A DNA stretch of 64,000 nucleotides, taken from the NCBI GenBank assembly GCA_965203275.1, contig OZ241865.1, forward strand, positions 2,112,001 to 2,176,000. The letters run 5' to 3'. The translations under genes and the position numbers were made by a program. Positions 30,259 to 40,040 of the stretch are shown here, piece by piece. This DNA comes from Bdellovibrionales bacterium (GTDB lineage: Bacteria; Bdellovibrionota; Bdellovibrionia; Bdellovibrionales; JAUICD01). Within the stretch, counting starts at the first letter, position 1; every line of letters begins with the position of its first letter. The notes beneath the pieces were generated by a model that worked only from the letters and a program-made list of their open reading frames with translations, was not told the DNA's origin and made no database searches.

Positions 30259-32124
30259 GTGAAATTAAGACATTTAAAATATATTTTTATTTTATTGATT
30301 ATGTTAAGCCTTTATGAGGCAAAAGGGCAATCATCTTTAGGATATGTAGAAGGTGACGTTATTATTAGGTTCAAAGAGACAGATGATCCTGCTATTAGAC
30401 AAAGCTTAAGTGGTGATTTAGATGTTTTAACCCTTCAAGGTGTTTCAAAGTCTGTACAGTTAAGCCTATCAAGTGCATTTAATAATTTTGATGTTCAACA
30501 TTATCAAGGGGTTGGAGGAACACAAACAACTCAAGAGATCATTGAACAAATCCAAGATCATCCTGCTGTGGAATATATAGAACCCAACTATCTGATCAGC
30601 AAAACAGACATAAGCAGTCAATCTTTTAACAATCCTGATCGTATTTTTGCTAGAAAAGCTTGGAGTGCTCTCCAAAAAAGCAATGCCACACCCATCACTA
30701 TTGCTGTTTTAGACACAGGCATTGAAGTGACACATCGAGATTTAAGCAATGTCGTATGGGAAAACAGAAATGAAATTCCTAATGATGGTATAGATAATGA
30801 CGGCAATGGTTTTATAGATGATATTCATGGTTGGAACTTTGTAGATCGTAACGGAGATTTAAGTGATTGTGATGGTCATGGTACACATGTTTCTGGCATT
30901 ATTGAACAAACAACAACTATAGATGATTCAACTTCGACGGATACCTCATCTCCTATTCGTATTATGGGATTAAAGTTTTTAGGATGTGATGGTATTGGTT
31001 CTACAGCTCATGCTATTAGTGCTATTGATTATGCTATAGACCATGGGGCTAAAGTTTTAAATAATTCTTGGGGAAATGATTCTTATAGTAATGCTCTCCA
31101 TGAAGCTGTCATCAGAAGCTACAATGCTGAAACTGTTTTTGTTGCAGCAGCAGGGAATAACGGATCCAATAATGATGTGACTCCTTTTTATCCAGCAAGC
31201 TTCTCTATTCCTCATGTCATTTCTGTAGCTGCCACTGATTTTAATGATAACTTTGCAGTGGCTTTTTCTAATTATGGTCTTCGATCTGTTGCACTAACAG
31301 CTCCAGGTGTAGCTGTGCAAAGTGCTTACCCAAATAATCAAGATAATGTACGGCTTTCTGGAACAAGCCAATCAACTCCATTTGTATCTGCTGTGTTAGG
31401 ATTGATGTTTTGGCAACAGCCTTTATTAAATGGATACCAAGCCAAGCAGCTTTTACTTGATGCAGCAGATGAGTTGAGTGTTTTAAGTGATATTGTAGAT
31501 CAAGGAAGACGATTAAATGCACTCAGATCAATTTTAGCAGCTCAAAATATGAGAGAACCAAGCTCTTATATGCCAGAATATGCAAGTCAGACTTTTTCTT
31601 CAAAAACATCTGGTGGGTGCGGCTTAGTATATAAAATGTATTCTGATCTTAACAAAATACAATCAGGTAAAAATCAACAGCAAAAGGGCAGAGGAGGCCA
31701 TTTGCCAAAAGCTCTCTTTGGACTGATGTTAGTTCTTCCTTTGATGGTATGGACATTTTTAAAGCAAAAAGCTCTTCATTCAAATAAGAGAAAGTACGAA
31801 AGATATGAAGTGGATATGCCAATGCATTTATCTATTGAAGGCCATTTTGTTCCTGCCCATTTATTCTCTATCTCTCAGGGTGGTGCTGGTATCTCTGTAA
31901 GTAAAGCATTGCAAACTCAGCTAAAGAAAGGCTCACATATTGATGTACTCTTATCATCTCACAATGAAAATGTCCAAATATCTGGACGCATTGTTTGGAT
32001 GTCGAATGATCAGATAGGTGTTCAGTTTAAACAAGAAGCTACCTGGATTAAAGAACTTTTTGCAGTGTGGCACCTTGAAGTAGCCAAAGAAAACTCAAAG
32101 TCAAATCACCGCCCGACTTTGTAA
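30259..32124 (+). CDS. Subtilisin (S8) serine peptidase with C-terminal GGC-TM segment and PilZ domain
   Basis: VLDTG, HGTHVSG, GTSQSTP catalytic triad; RKYERY...SISQGG PilZ-like motifs. Confidence 0.9.
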   Translation: MKLRHLKYIFILLIMLSLYEAKGQSSLGYVEGDVIIRFKETDDPAIRQSLSGDLDVLTLQGVSKSVQLSLSSAFNNFDVQHYQGVGGTQTTQEIIEQIQDHPAVEYIEPNYLISKTDISSQSFNNPDRIFARKAWSALQKSNATPITIAVLDTGIEVTHRDLSNVVWENRNEIPNDGIDNDGNGFIDDIHGWNFVDRNGDLSDCDGHGTHVSGIIEQTTTIDDSTSTDTSSPIRIMGLKFLGCDGIGSTAHAISAIDYAIDHGAKVLNNSWGNDSYSNALHEAVIRSYNAETVFVAAAGNNGSNNDVTPFYPASFSIPHVISVAATDFNDNFAVAFSNYGLRSVALTAPGVAVQSAYPNNQDNVRLSGTSQSTPFVSAVLGLMFWQQPLLNGYQAKQLLLDAADELSVLSDIVDQGRRLNALRSILAAQNMREPSSYMPEYASQTFSSKTSGGCGLVYKMYSDLNKIQSGKNQQQKGRGGHLPKALFGLMLVLPLMVWTFLKQKALHSNKRKYERYEVDMPMHLSIEGHFVPAHLFSISQGGAGISVSKALQTQLKKGSHIDVLLSSHNENVQISGRIVWMSNDQIGVQFKQEATWIKELFAVWHLEVAKENSKSNHRPTL

Positions 32125-32204
32125 GGTCATAGAGTTATATCTTGTCGATATTCTTGTTGATATTGATTTTGATATAACTCTGTCATTTGACGGAAATAAT
32201 CTTA

Positions 32205-32294
32205 TGGCGGAGAGGGTGAGATTCGAACTCACGGTGCCTTTGACAGCACACACGCATTCCAAACGTGCGGATTAGACCACTCTCCCACCTCTCC
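32205..32294 (-). tRNA. tRNA-Ser (GGA)
   Basis: GGAGAGG acceptor stem, anticodon loop TTGGAAT, long variable arm, TTCGAAT T-loop, encoded CCA. Confidence 0.95.
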
Positions 32295-32359
32295 CTAAGT
32301 ATTTATCATAACATTATATGCCTTTAAAATGGCTATATTTTTTATTTTAAAAAAAAAGC

Positions 32360-32386
32360 TAAAGCTTTAACCATTTTCTCCGATAA
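32360..32386 (+). promoter_or_regulatory. sigma28-like promoter
   Basis: TAAA-N15-TCCGATAA upstream of the PilZ gene. Confidence 0.6.
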
Positions 32387-32486
32387 GAATATAAAGACAC
32401 TAAGAAAGGCTAATAAGTGATTCTGAAGTGAAACTGTATTTAGATAACAGTGAAAACAATTTATACAACATACCCTAGAGGGGAAA

Positions 32487-33077
32487 ATGGTCAAAAAAAG
32501 AACTCTTAATCATCAAAAGAAGGCTACAAATGTTGTTTGGGTGGATTTTCAAAAGCAAGCCATAAAAAAAAATATGTCGGCTGATCTCATACCTAAAGAG
32601 AAAAAGTCAACATCAAAGACATGGCCTATAACAGAAAATCACAATACACAAGAAATGCCTAATATCATTAATCTTTCTCCTAAAATTAATGAGGGTAGGC
32701 GAAAAAAACGCCGTATTGTCATATCTGGACTAATGCATGCTGCCATTGTTGTTCCAGGAAAAGGCCTCATCAATCAAATAGAGCTTCATGATATTTCAGA
32801 ATCAGGGGTTAGCTTTGATCTACCCTATAGTAGGAGTTTTAATGGACAAAAGCTGGCTATGAGAGTTTACTTAAATCCAGAAGATTTCTTCCATTTTAAT
32901 ATTTTGATCACAGAAAATATTAGATATATACAAGAAGAAGGTGTGTATCGATATGGTGCAAAGCTTTTGCCCAATCATCGCAATAAAAAAGCCATCCAGA
33001 ATCTTGTTGATTTTATAGAATCTGTCAGTGGCATTCTCCATAAAGACCATGGTGAAATTCTTTTATATAAACAATAA
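32487..33077 (+). CDS. PilZ domain protein
   Basis: RxxxR (RKKRR) and DISESGVS motifs. Confidence 0.75.
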   Translation: MVKKRTLNHQKKATNVVWVDFQKQAIKKNMSADLIPKEKKSTSKTWPITENHNTQEMPNIINLSPKINEGRRKKRRIVISGLMHAAIVVPGKGLINQIELHDISESGVSFDLPYSRSFNGQKLAMRVYLNPEDFFHFNILITENIRYIQEEGVYRYGAKLLPNHRNKKAIQNLVDFIESVSGILHKDHGEILLYKQ

Positions 33078-33088
33078 AAGGTTCTTAC

Positions 33089-33808
33089 TTAAAGGGTATG
33101 GATCCATTCCTTATAGCTGTCATAGAGTTCTTCAGGTGAGTCAAAGGTCCACACAGGTCCTATATAAATAGTCAACTTTCCTCCAGGAGGTAAAAACCTT
33201 ACTCCTTTGGGCCACAGATCAAAAGATCCCTTTAAAAATAAAAATAACACAGGGGTTTGTGTCTTTTTGGCAATTAGATTGACCCCCCTTTTAAAAGGCT
33301 GCACTTTGCCATCTAAAGATCGAGTCCCTTCTGGAAAAATTAAAAGCCAAATTTTGTTTAATCTGCTTATCAAATCAATACACAATTTCAAAGATTGTCT
33401 TATATAACCAGACCTTTCAACAGGTACAGCTTGAATGCAATGTTTAGAAAAAAAAGTCATCCAAATATCTGAAAAAAAATAATCCTTTGCAACTGAGGTA
33501 TAAAAATATATCCAACCAGACAAAGGAATGACAGATGCAATAGCAATAGCATCTAAATGACTGGCATGGTTAGATACGATCAATAATTTTGGATATTTAG
33601 CAGTGAGAGTCTTTAAATCTTCACCTTTTACATCTAACCGAAGATAAAATTTAAAAAATATTTTCAAAATTTGCAACCATACAATTCTCAATAAAAAACT
33701 TGAAAGATCAAAATAATTTGTCACTAAGGGTAAATGACGTGTATATTTTGAAAGCCCCACCCATTGCTTGTTTTGATAAGACCATGCTCGAAAAGACTTT
33801 GCTTGCAT
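33089..33808 (-). CDS. Lysophospholipid acyltransferase (PlsC family)
   Basis: NHASHLD, FPEGTRS. Confidence 0.9.
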   Translation of the reverse strand: MQAKSFRAWSYQNKQWVGLSKYTRHLPLVTNYFDLSSFLLRIVWLQILKIFFKFYLRLDVKGEDLKTLTAKYPKLLIVSNHASHLDAIAIASVIPLSGWIYFYTSVAKDYFFSDIWMTFFSKHCIQAVPVERSGYIRQSLKLCIDLISRLNKIWLLIFPEGTRSLDGKVQPFKRGVNLIAKKTQTPVLFLFLKGSFDLWPKGVRFLPPGGKLTIYIGPVWTFDSPEELYDSYKEWIHTL

Positions 33809-33831
33809 TTTCTACACCCTGCACCAAAAGA

Positions 33832-34605
33832 TTATATTTTATTTTGATTTAAACTTAAAAACAAACCCTTTAATACTAAGTCAGGGTCAATACTGTGAAA
33901 AACATCTTGATTATAAAATAAACTAGAAAAGCCTCCTGTCCCTATGACAAAGGGAGACTCATTATCAAAGGCCTCTCTTGTAATAGCTTTAACAATCTCT
34001 TTAACTATGCCTAATGTGCCATAATAAAGTCCTGATTGAATACTTTCTACAGTAGATCGTCCAATCACTGTTTGAGGACGGATAATTTCTACCTTTGGCA
34101 ATTTTGCTGTGTTTTCTTCTAAGGCTTTCATAGAAATTTTTAGACCAGGTGAGATCACCCCTCCTAAATATTCTTGCTTTTTAGATAAGATACAAAAAGT
34201 AATGGCTGTACCAAAATCAATCACAATAATATTTTTGTGAGGATGAAGGTGCATTGCTGCAATGCTGTTGGCAATTCTGTCAGAACCTACCTCAATGGGA
34301 TTATGGTATTTGATTTTGATACCACTTTTAACTCCTGGTTGCAGAATAAAGGCTGGTTTTGTAAAATATTTTTTACAGCAGTTGTTGAGAGAATGCAACA
34401 AATCTGGTACAACACAACAAAAAGCAACATCTTGAATATGATCAGGGTTTATGTCATTTTCCCTTAAAACACCCTTTAAAAATAAACCCATATCATCAGA
34501 AGAGCTATTATTTAAAGTGTTTTTACGAAATCTCAATTTAAGATTTCCATCTTGAAAAACCCCACCAAAAATTTGAGAATTTCCTACATCAAGACATAAA
34601 ATCAT
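33832..34605 (-). CDS. coaX: Type III pantothenate kinase
   Basis: LDVGNS, VGSDR, IDFGTA, GGVISPG, TGG. Confidence 0.95.
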   Translation of the reverse strand: MILCLDVGNSQIFGGVFQDGNLKLRFRKNTLNNSSSDDMGLFLKGVLRENDINPDHIQDVAFCCVVPDLLHSLNNCCKKYFTKPAFILQPGVKSGIKIKYHNPIEVGSDRIANSIAAMHLHPHKNIIVIDFGTAITFCILSKKQEYLGGVISPGLKISMKALEENTAKLPKVEIIRPQTVIGRSTVESIQSGLYYGTLGIVKEIVKAITREAFDNESPFVIGTGGFSSLFYNQDVFHSIDPDLVLKGLFLSLNQNKI

Positions 34606-34841
34606 TTGTGACCTTCCACATTTCGTTTTTTTATATCAAAATCATATAGATTTAACAAACAATATTTGTAACGAAGAATATTATCTTTAAATACTGCTCT
34701 GTACCTGAAGTGATAAAAAATATAAATGTTTTTTAAATCTTTGGTAGGCTATTCTCAGTGAAAGATGATTTTTTATTGACAGGTAGGGAGTATTTTGGTA
34801 CATTCCTTACAAGTTTTTATAGTTTATAGGGAATAAAATTT

Positions 34842-35315
34842 ATGAAAGACTTACAAGTTTTTGAACTTTTAAAAAAGCATCAGCAAACTGTGGGCTTTGC
34901 CGAAAGCTGTACAGGTGGGATGCTGTCTTCTGCGTTCACTGAGGTGGAAGGCATATCGGCTGTTTTTAAGGGATCTGTAATAGCTTATTGTGATGAAGTT
35001 AAAACAAAACTTCTTAAAGTAGATGCAACACATCTTAAAAAGCAAGGTCCTTACAATCAAGAAACTGCAAAACAAATGGCAGAAGGTCTTAAAAAGCAAA
35101 TACAATCTGATTGGTCTGTAGCGACTACAGGTATTGCAAGTCCTATCCCTGGCCAAGAACAAAATACAGGTCTTGTGTATTTTGCTGTGGTGGGACCTAA
35201 AAACTTTATCGAAACATCACAAAAATATTTTAATGGCACAAGAGATCAGGTGATCTCGCAAGCTGTTTTAGAGTCCATGACATTGTTAAAAAAAAGCATG
35301 GAAGGGAACAGCTAG
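34842..35315 (+). CDS. CinA family protein (NMN amidohydrolase, PncC-like)
   Basis: AESCTGG, TTGIA motifs. Confidence 0.9.
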   Translation: MKDLQVFELLKKHQQTVGFAESCTGGMLSSAFTEVEGISAVFKGSVIAYCDEVKTKLLKVDATHLKKQGPYNQETAKQMAEGLKKQIQSDWSVATTGIASPIPGQEQNTGLVYFAVVGPKNFIETSQKYFNGTRDQVISQAVLESMTLLKKSMEGNS

Positions 35316-35392
35316 TGTGTTTTTAAAAGAGATTTGTCAGAGTAGCCGAAGGTGGTCAATGAAGCGATGAGAAACGAGAGTACTCTCTTCTA

Positions 35393-35466
35393 GGATCCGG
35401 GATCTGGGATCTGGCAACCCGGCATCCCGGGTTCTAGGACCTGATGCCGGGTTGCTGGATCCCGGA
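35393..35466. repeat. Family C heptamer/leader motifs in inverted arrangement
   Basis: ggatccgggatctgggatctggcaacccggcatc...gatgccgggttgctggatcccgg. Confidence 0.8.
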
Positions 35467-35481
35467 GGAAGTATTTTTTTT

Positions 35482-35692
35482 TTTTTATTCTCTTTTAGAT
35501 TCTGCTTAACTCTCAAACAAAAAGTAATTAGGTAGAGGATGGGGCAACGGGAGACTGAAGATCTTCCGCAAATTGAGCTTGCTCCTTAAAAGCAAGCTCA
35601 ATTGAGGACTTCGGAAGGCTCCCGTTGCCCCATCCTCAAGTAAAAATAAAATGGAAAAGCAGAATCGAAGGGCGGTGGGTGGGGTTAGGGAG
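35482..35692. repeat. Family B long nested hairpin element
   Basis: 19-bp perfect stem 35535-35553/35619-35637; 13-bp inner stem 35571-35583/35591-35603; outer stem 35498-35507/35657-35666; partial copies near 6925-7010 and 28969-29060. Confidence 0.8.
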
Positions 35693-35694
35693 TT

Positions 35695-36700
35695 GTTTCA
35701 CTCAAAGTGAACGGACTTTTTAGGTAGCCAGCCTTGATGAAGGAACTTTTTCCTTAACATTTCACTCAAAATGAACCACACCTCTGGTGTGTTTTTTGGT
35801 GTTGCCTGCAAAGGCTTACGCCTTTGACAAAATAGGCAACACCTAAAAAATCTGTTCATTTTGAGTAGGGAGGATCCACTCGTCTCTTTACACGATGTTA
35901 AGGAAAAAGAGTTTCATTTGTAAAGTCGCTTGCTCCTGAGGTAATAAAAGAAATTTTCCCTAACATGGTGTAAAGGAATAAAAGGATCCTCTTTTACTCA
36001 AAATAAATGAATTTTCTAGGCAGTTAGCCTTTGATCGACGGCGAAAGCCGTCGGGCTAACCATTAGAAGGATGTTTTCCTTAACATGTAGTCAAAAAACG
36101 AAGAGATCCTCCCTACTCAAAGTGAACAGGCTTTTGAGACAATGACCATTTTGTCAAAGGCGAAAGCCTTTGCGGTCATTGTCCAAAAGTGGCCAGAGGC
36201 CAGTTCACTTTGAGTGAAAAAGAGGCTGGTTTATTTTTAGTGAACCTTGATGAAGGAACTTTTTCCTTAACATGGTGTTAAGAAACGAAGAGATCCTCCC
36301 TACTCAAAGTGAACAGGCTTTTGAGACAATGACCATTTTGTCCTTAACATGGTGTTAAGAAACGAAAGATCCTCCCTACTCAAAGTGAACAGGCTTTTGA
36401 GACAATGACCATTTTGTCAAAGGCGAAAGCCTTTGCGGTCATTGTCCAAAAGTGGCCAGAGGCCAGTTCACTTTGAGTGAAAAAGAGGCTGGTTTATTTT
36501 TAGTGAACCTTGATGAAGGAACTTTTTCCTTAACATGGTGTTAAGAAACGAAGAGATCCTCCCTACTCAAAGTGAACAGGCTTTTGAGACAATGACCATT
36601 TTGTCAAAGGCGAAAGCCTTTGCGGTCATTGTCCAAAAGTGGCCAGAGGCCAGTTCACTTTGAGTGAAAAAGAGGCATGATGCATTTTGAGTGAAAAAGA
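35695..36700. repeat. Family A cluster with a ~186-bp tandem
   Basis: ccttaacatg starts at 36078, 36265, 36342 and 36528. Confidence 0.92.
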
Positions 36701-36780
36701 TAAGCAGGCTTGACTCTTTTAAGGAAACATGAGATTAATCTTTGCATTCAAGGAAAAAAGCTTATATATTAAAGCATCAA

Positions 36781-36825
36781 TAAAATAAAACCATGTAAAA
36801 TAAAACCATGTAAACTAAAACCATG
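36781..36825. repeat. 15-bp tandem x3 (TAAAATAAAACCATG)
   Basis: Directly visible upstream of tatA. Confidence 0.8.
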
Positions 36826-36843
36826 AAAACCAGGAGGCTATTT

Positions 36844-37038
36844 ATGAGTCCAAGCTTACCTCAAATTCTCATTATATTAGCAATTGTGTTATTGATTTTT
36901 GGTCCTAAAAGGATCCCCGGTATAGGCCGTTCCTTAGGGCAAGCCCTGAGAGGTTTTAAAAAAGGAGTGACGGGGGAAGATGAAGGAGACAAAGCCTATC
37001 AAAATCAAAATGACAACTCGGGCAACAAAAATGAGTAA
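36844..37038 (+). CDS. tatA: Twin-arginine translocase TatA/E
   Basis: LLIFGPKRIPGIGRSLGQALRGFKKG; AGGAGG RBS before ATG 36844. Confidence 0.92.
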   Translation: MSPSLPQILIILAIVLLIFGPKRIPGIGRSLGQALRGFKKGVTGEDEGDKAYQNQNDNSGNKNE

Positions 37039-37654
37039 ATTTATTTTAAAAGATCGCAATGAAATTCATATTGCTAGAAAATTACTTCATATTATAGGTG
37101 TGGGTATTATTCTAGGTTTTTATCTCTATCTATCCAGAAATGACTCTTTATTTTTTTTAATGCTGACGACAGTATTTCTCTTTACTGTTGAACTGTTAAG
37201 AAAAAAAGTGCCTTTTATTCAAAATATGGTTTTACATGCTTTTAGTCACGTTATGCGAAAAGAAGAAATCAATGGATTTTCAGGCATTTCTTGGCTTTTT
37301 ATTGGTATTTTTATTATTGTTTATCTTTTCCCTATAGAAGTGGTCACCCTATCTCTTTTGATGTTAGGTATAGGAGACCCCGTATGCAATATCATAGGCA
37401 TTAAATATGGTACAGATAAACTAATAGGAAATAAAAGCTTGCAAGGCACCTTAGCTGGTTTTGTAGCTTGCACTATTGTCTCTGCCGTTTATTTTATGCT
37501 GATGGATATTATGTTAGATAGATGGGTGTTGGTAAGCTTACTGTCTGGTTCTATTGGAGCTTTTGCTGAAGCTGTCCCCTTATATTTAGACGATAATTTT
37601 GTTATTCCTGTCATTAATGGCTTGTTATTATGGGGATTATTTATGCTTTTTTGA
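37031..37654 (+). CDS. Phytol/dolichol kinase-like (CTP_transf_1) membrane protein
   Basis: RKLLH, GDP...IG..YG, KSLQGTLAG, DDNFVIP. Confidence 0.85.
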   Translation: MSKFILKDRNEIHIARKLLHIIGVGIILGFYLYLSRNDSLFFLMLTTVFLFTVELLRKKVPFIQNMVLHAFSHVMRKEEINGFSGISWLFIGIFIIVYLFPIEVVTLSLLMLGIGDPVCNIIGIKYGTDKLIGNKSLQGTLAGFVACTIVSAVYFMLMDIMLDRWVLVSLLSGSIGAFAEAVPLYLDDNFVIPVINGLLLWGLFMLF

Positions 37655-37884
37655 TAAAATTTGAATAAATTTTAGATAAGCTTTGAATAAAATATATTTT
37701 ATAAAAGATACCTATTACTTTCTATTGCTACAGCTATTACATATTGTCAATGATGGCAAAAAAAGAGCATGAAACAGAGAGCATGAATCCAATAAACAAA
37801 GCTTGTAAAAAACTTAAATAATAGGTTTAATGAAAGGAATTTAAAACCAAATAAATAAAAAGAGAGAACAGAAAGGGAAAATAC

Positions 37885-38343
37885 ATGAAAAAAGTCAAAA
37901 AAGCTTTTGGTTTATTTTTTTTAGTTATTATTGGTCTTTTGGTGTGGGATATATGGTTCGTGCCGAGCCAATCAGATTTATTTTTTAAACTTTGGGCAGA
38001 AGATCTTAGACAATTGCAACAGGAAGGAAAACTACCTGATACTTTGCAAAATGTGCGTGAGGTTTCTATACAAACTATCAATCAAGAGGCTACAGATTTG
38101 ATGAATAAAGGAAATTCTCCTTTTGTAGATCGACCTGATGGCAGTATGATCTTAGAAATCCTTGTTGATGTTTGGCAGGATGAAGAAGCTGAACATCCAC
38201 AAAGAGGTGTCTTTCTTCAGTATGATCTCATTGCCGAGGATGGCAACACTATTTGGGAGTTATCTAGGACAATCATGTTACCAGATACTCCATCTCTCAT
38301 TCTATCTTGGCTTCCTGAGCTTTTCCCTGAGGTTTCAGAATAA
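37885..38343 (+). CDS. Hypothetical protein with N-terminal TM
   Basis: Clean ORF with RBS. Confidence 0.7.
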   Translation: MKKVKKAFGLFFLVIIGLLVWDIWFVPSQSDLFFKLWAEDLRQLQQEGKLPDTLQNVREVSIQTINQEATDLMNKGNSPFVDRPDGSMILEILVDVWQDEEAEHPQRGVFLQYDLIAEDGNTIWELSRTIMLPDTPSLILSWLPELFPEVSE

Positions 38344-38360
38344 ATTCAGAGAAAAGCTTA

Positions 38361-38612
38361 CTAATCGCGTCTGAGATTTATAGCTAAGTCATCTGTTGCT
38401 ACTGTCATAGAAAAATTCTCAAAAACAGGCTGAGCTTCTTCTGTGGTTATAGCTAAAGGGACCTGCATTAAAGAGGCTTGCATAGAAGAGTCTACAGTGT
38501 TTTGAGGTAACTCTGAAGAAACATAAGCAACAGCTAAACTAAAAACTGCACCAACAAAAATCAAAGAAATAGACCTAAAAATCTTTTCTGTAATATATAC
38601 ATTCTTATTCAT
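38361..38612 (-). CDS. Small hypothetical membrane protein
   Basis: AGGAG RBS, TM helix, upstream sigma54 motif. Confidence 0.65.
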   Translation of the reverse strand: MNKNVYITEKIFRSISLIFVGAVFSLAVAYVSSELPQNTVDSSMQASLMQVPLAITTEEAQPVFENFSMTVATDDLAINLRRD

Positions 38613-38667
38613 AATTAATACTCCTTATACGTTCTGTAAATCACTTTATAAATTCTACTATTTAAGT

Positions 38668-38683
38668 AGCAAATTTCTTGCCA
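38668..38683 (-). promoter_or_regulatory. sigma54 promoter
   Basis: Minus strand TGGCAAG-AAAT-TTGCT. Confidence 0.6.
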
Positions 38684-39079
38684 ACAAAAAATACTCGATT
38701 TAACACCATCAAAGTATGATCATTTGCATATCATCCCACAAAGAAGTATAAATTAGAGACATTTTTTGTCAAAGACTGACATATTTTGTCCATCAAAAGC
38801 ACTTTAAGTGACAAATGATCACCTTCTAAATAATCAAAACTCCAGTGATGGAGCTAAAATTCTATATAGATGTCCTGAGTTTGACAGTTGATTTGCAGAT
38901 GTGGATATCTTTTTTTTAAAGAATACTTTATTTATAGGTGTTAGAGGGATTTATAAGCTTGAATTTTTGGGATTTTGTAAAAAATCCTAGTGACACAAAA
39001 TCTCTTTCGACTCATAACCTACTGCTCAACTTTATTTTTGCAGGCTATCAAACTCAGGAAGACCAATTCTATTTATCCT

Positions 39080-39106
39080 TAAGTAAATCCAAAGACCTGC
39101 CGATAA
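39080..39106 (+). promoter_or_regulatory. sigma28 promoter
   Basis: TAAG-N15-GCCGATAA. Confidence 0.7.
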
Positions 39107-39149
39107 AGTATTTAGATAGCAATTTAATCTTTATAAAGGTAGGTATAAA

Positions 39150-39953
39150 ATGCATAGAAAAAAGAAAGTTTATTTATCGTTAGTATTATTTGGTTTGTCT
39201 TGTGTGGCCTTCGGGTTTAACAACTGTAAGAAAAGTAAAGTAGCAAATCAGACATCAAGCTCCACAATGACACACACAAGCCCATCACCAACTCCAACAC
39301 CAGCCTCGGATCCAATACCATTATTTCCAGCTCCAACATACGCTTGCAATCAAGATTATGGTATGAGTTTATATAGAGCTGTTTCAAATGGTGATATAGA
39401 GACTGTAAAGGATTTGCTAGAGACCGGAGCCGATCCTAACAAAGGACATGATCAGGTTTTAACGGCCTCTATTAAACATATAAATATTTTCAAGTTATTG
39501 CTAAAAACTTGTATTGATGTTGATAAAAAAGATCATCAAGGCAGTACGGCTTTAATATGGGCTAGTGGACTAAAGGCAAACATTGAAGCTGTAAAGTTAT
39601 TGCTAGCGGCCGGAGCGGACGTCGATGTTCAAGATACCTTTGGCTATACGGCTTTAATAATGGCTAGTGATAAAGAAAAGCTTGAAATTGTCAGGCTGTT
39701 GCTAGAGGCCGATGCCAATACAGACTTTAAATCGGCTAACGTAGGCTATACGGCCTTAATGTATGCTATTCAAAGAGGTGATATAGAGATTGTAGAGCTA
39801 TTGCTAGAGGCCGGTGCCGATCTCCATATTCAAAATAACTCTGGCCGGACAGCTTTATCAATGGCTAAATCGAGAGTTAGTTTAGGTGGAGATTATACCG
39901 GTATTGTAAGGCTATTAAAGTACAAAATAAACCCGCCGAGGCTTACAGATTAA
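39150..39953 (+). CDS. Ankyrin-repeat lipoprotein-like protein
   Basis: GFNNC leader, S/T/P linker, about 5 ankyrin repeats. Confidence 0.92.
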   Translation: MHRKKKVYLSLVLFGLSCVAFGFNNCKKSKVANQTSSSTMTHTSPSPTPTPASDPIPLFPAPTYACNQDYGMSLYRAVSNGDIETVKDLLETGADPNKGHDQVLTASIKHINIFKLLLKTCIDVDKKDHQGSTALIWASGLKANIEAVKLLLAAGADVDVQDTFGYTALIMASDKEKLEIVRLLLEADANTDFKSANVGYTALMYAIQRGDIEIVELLLEAGADLHIQNNSGRTALSMAKSRVSLGGDYTGIVRLLKYKINPPRLTD

Positions 39954-39972
39954 GACCAATTATATTTATCCT

Positions 39973-39999
39973 TAAGTAAGTCAAAAGCCCTGCCGATAG
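39973..39999 (+). promoter_or_regulatory. sigma28 promoter
   Basis: TAAG-N15-GCCGATAG. Confidence 0.7.
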
Positions 40000-40040
40000 A
40001 GTATTTAGATAGCCATTTACTATCTAAAGGTCGGTACAAA

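Noticed and set aside
32205..32294. tRNA-Ser as an island integration site
   Set aside because: No duplicated tRNA 3' end or adjacent integrase seen
35325..35392. Possible small RNA after the cinA-family gene
   Set aside because: Some pairing potential (GAGAGTACTCTC) but single copy with no recognisable motif
38938..39183. 81-aa ORF upstream of ank1
   Set aside because: Spans the scar, junction and promoter motifs; no coding signature
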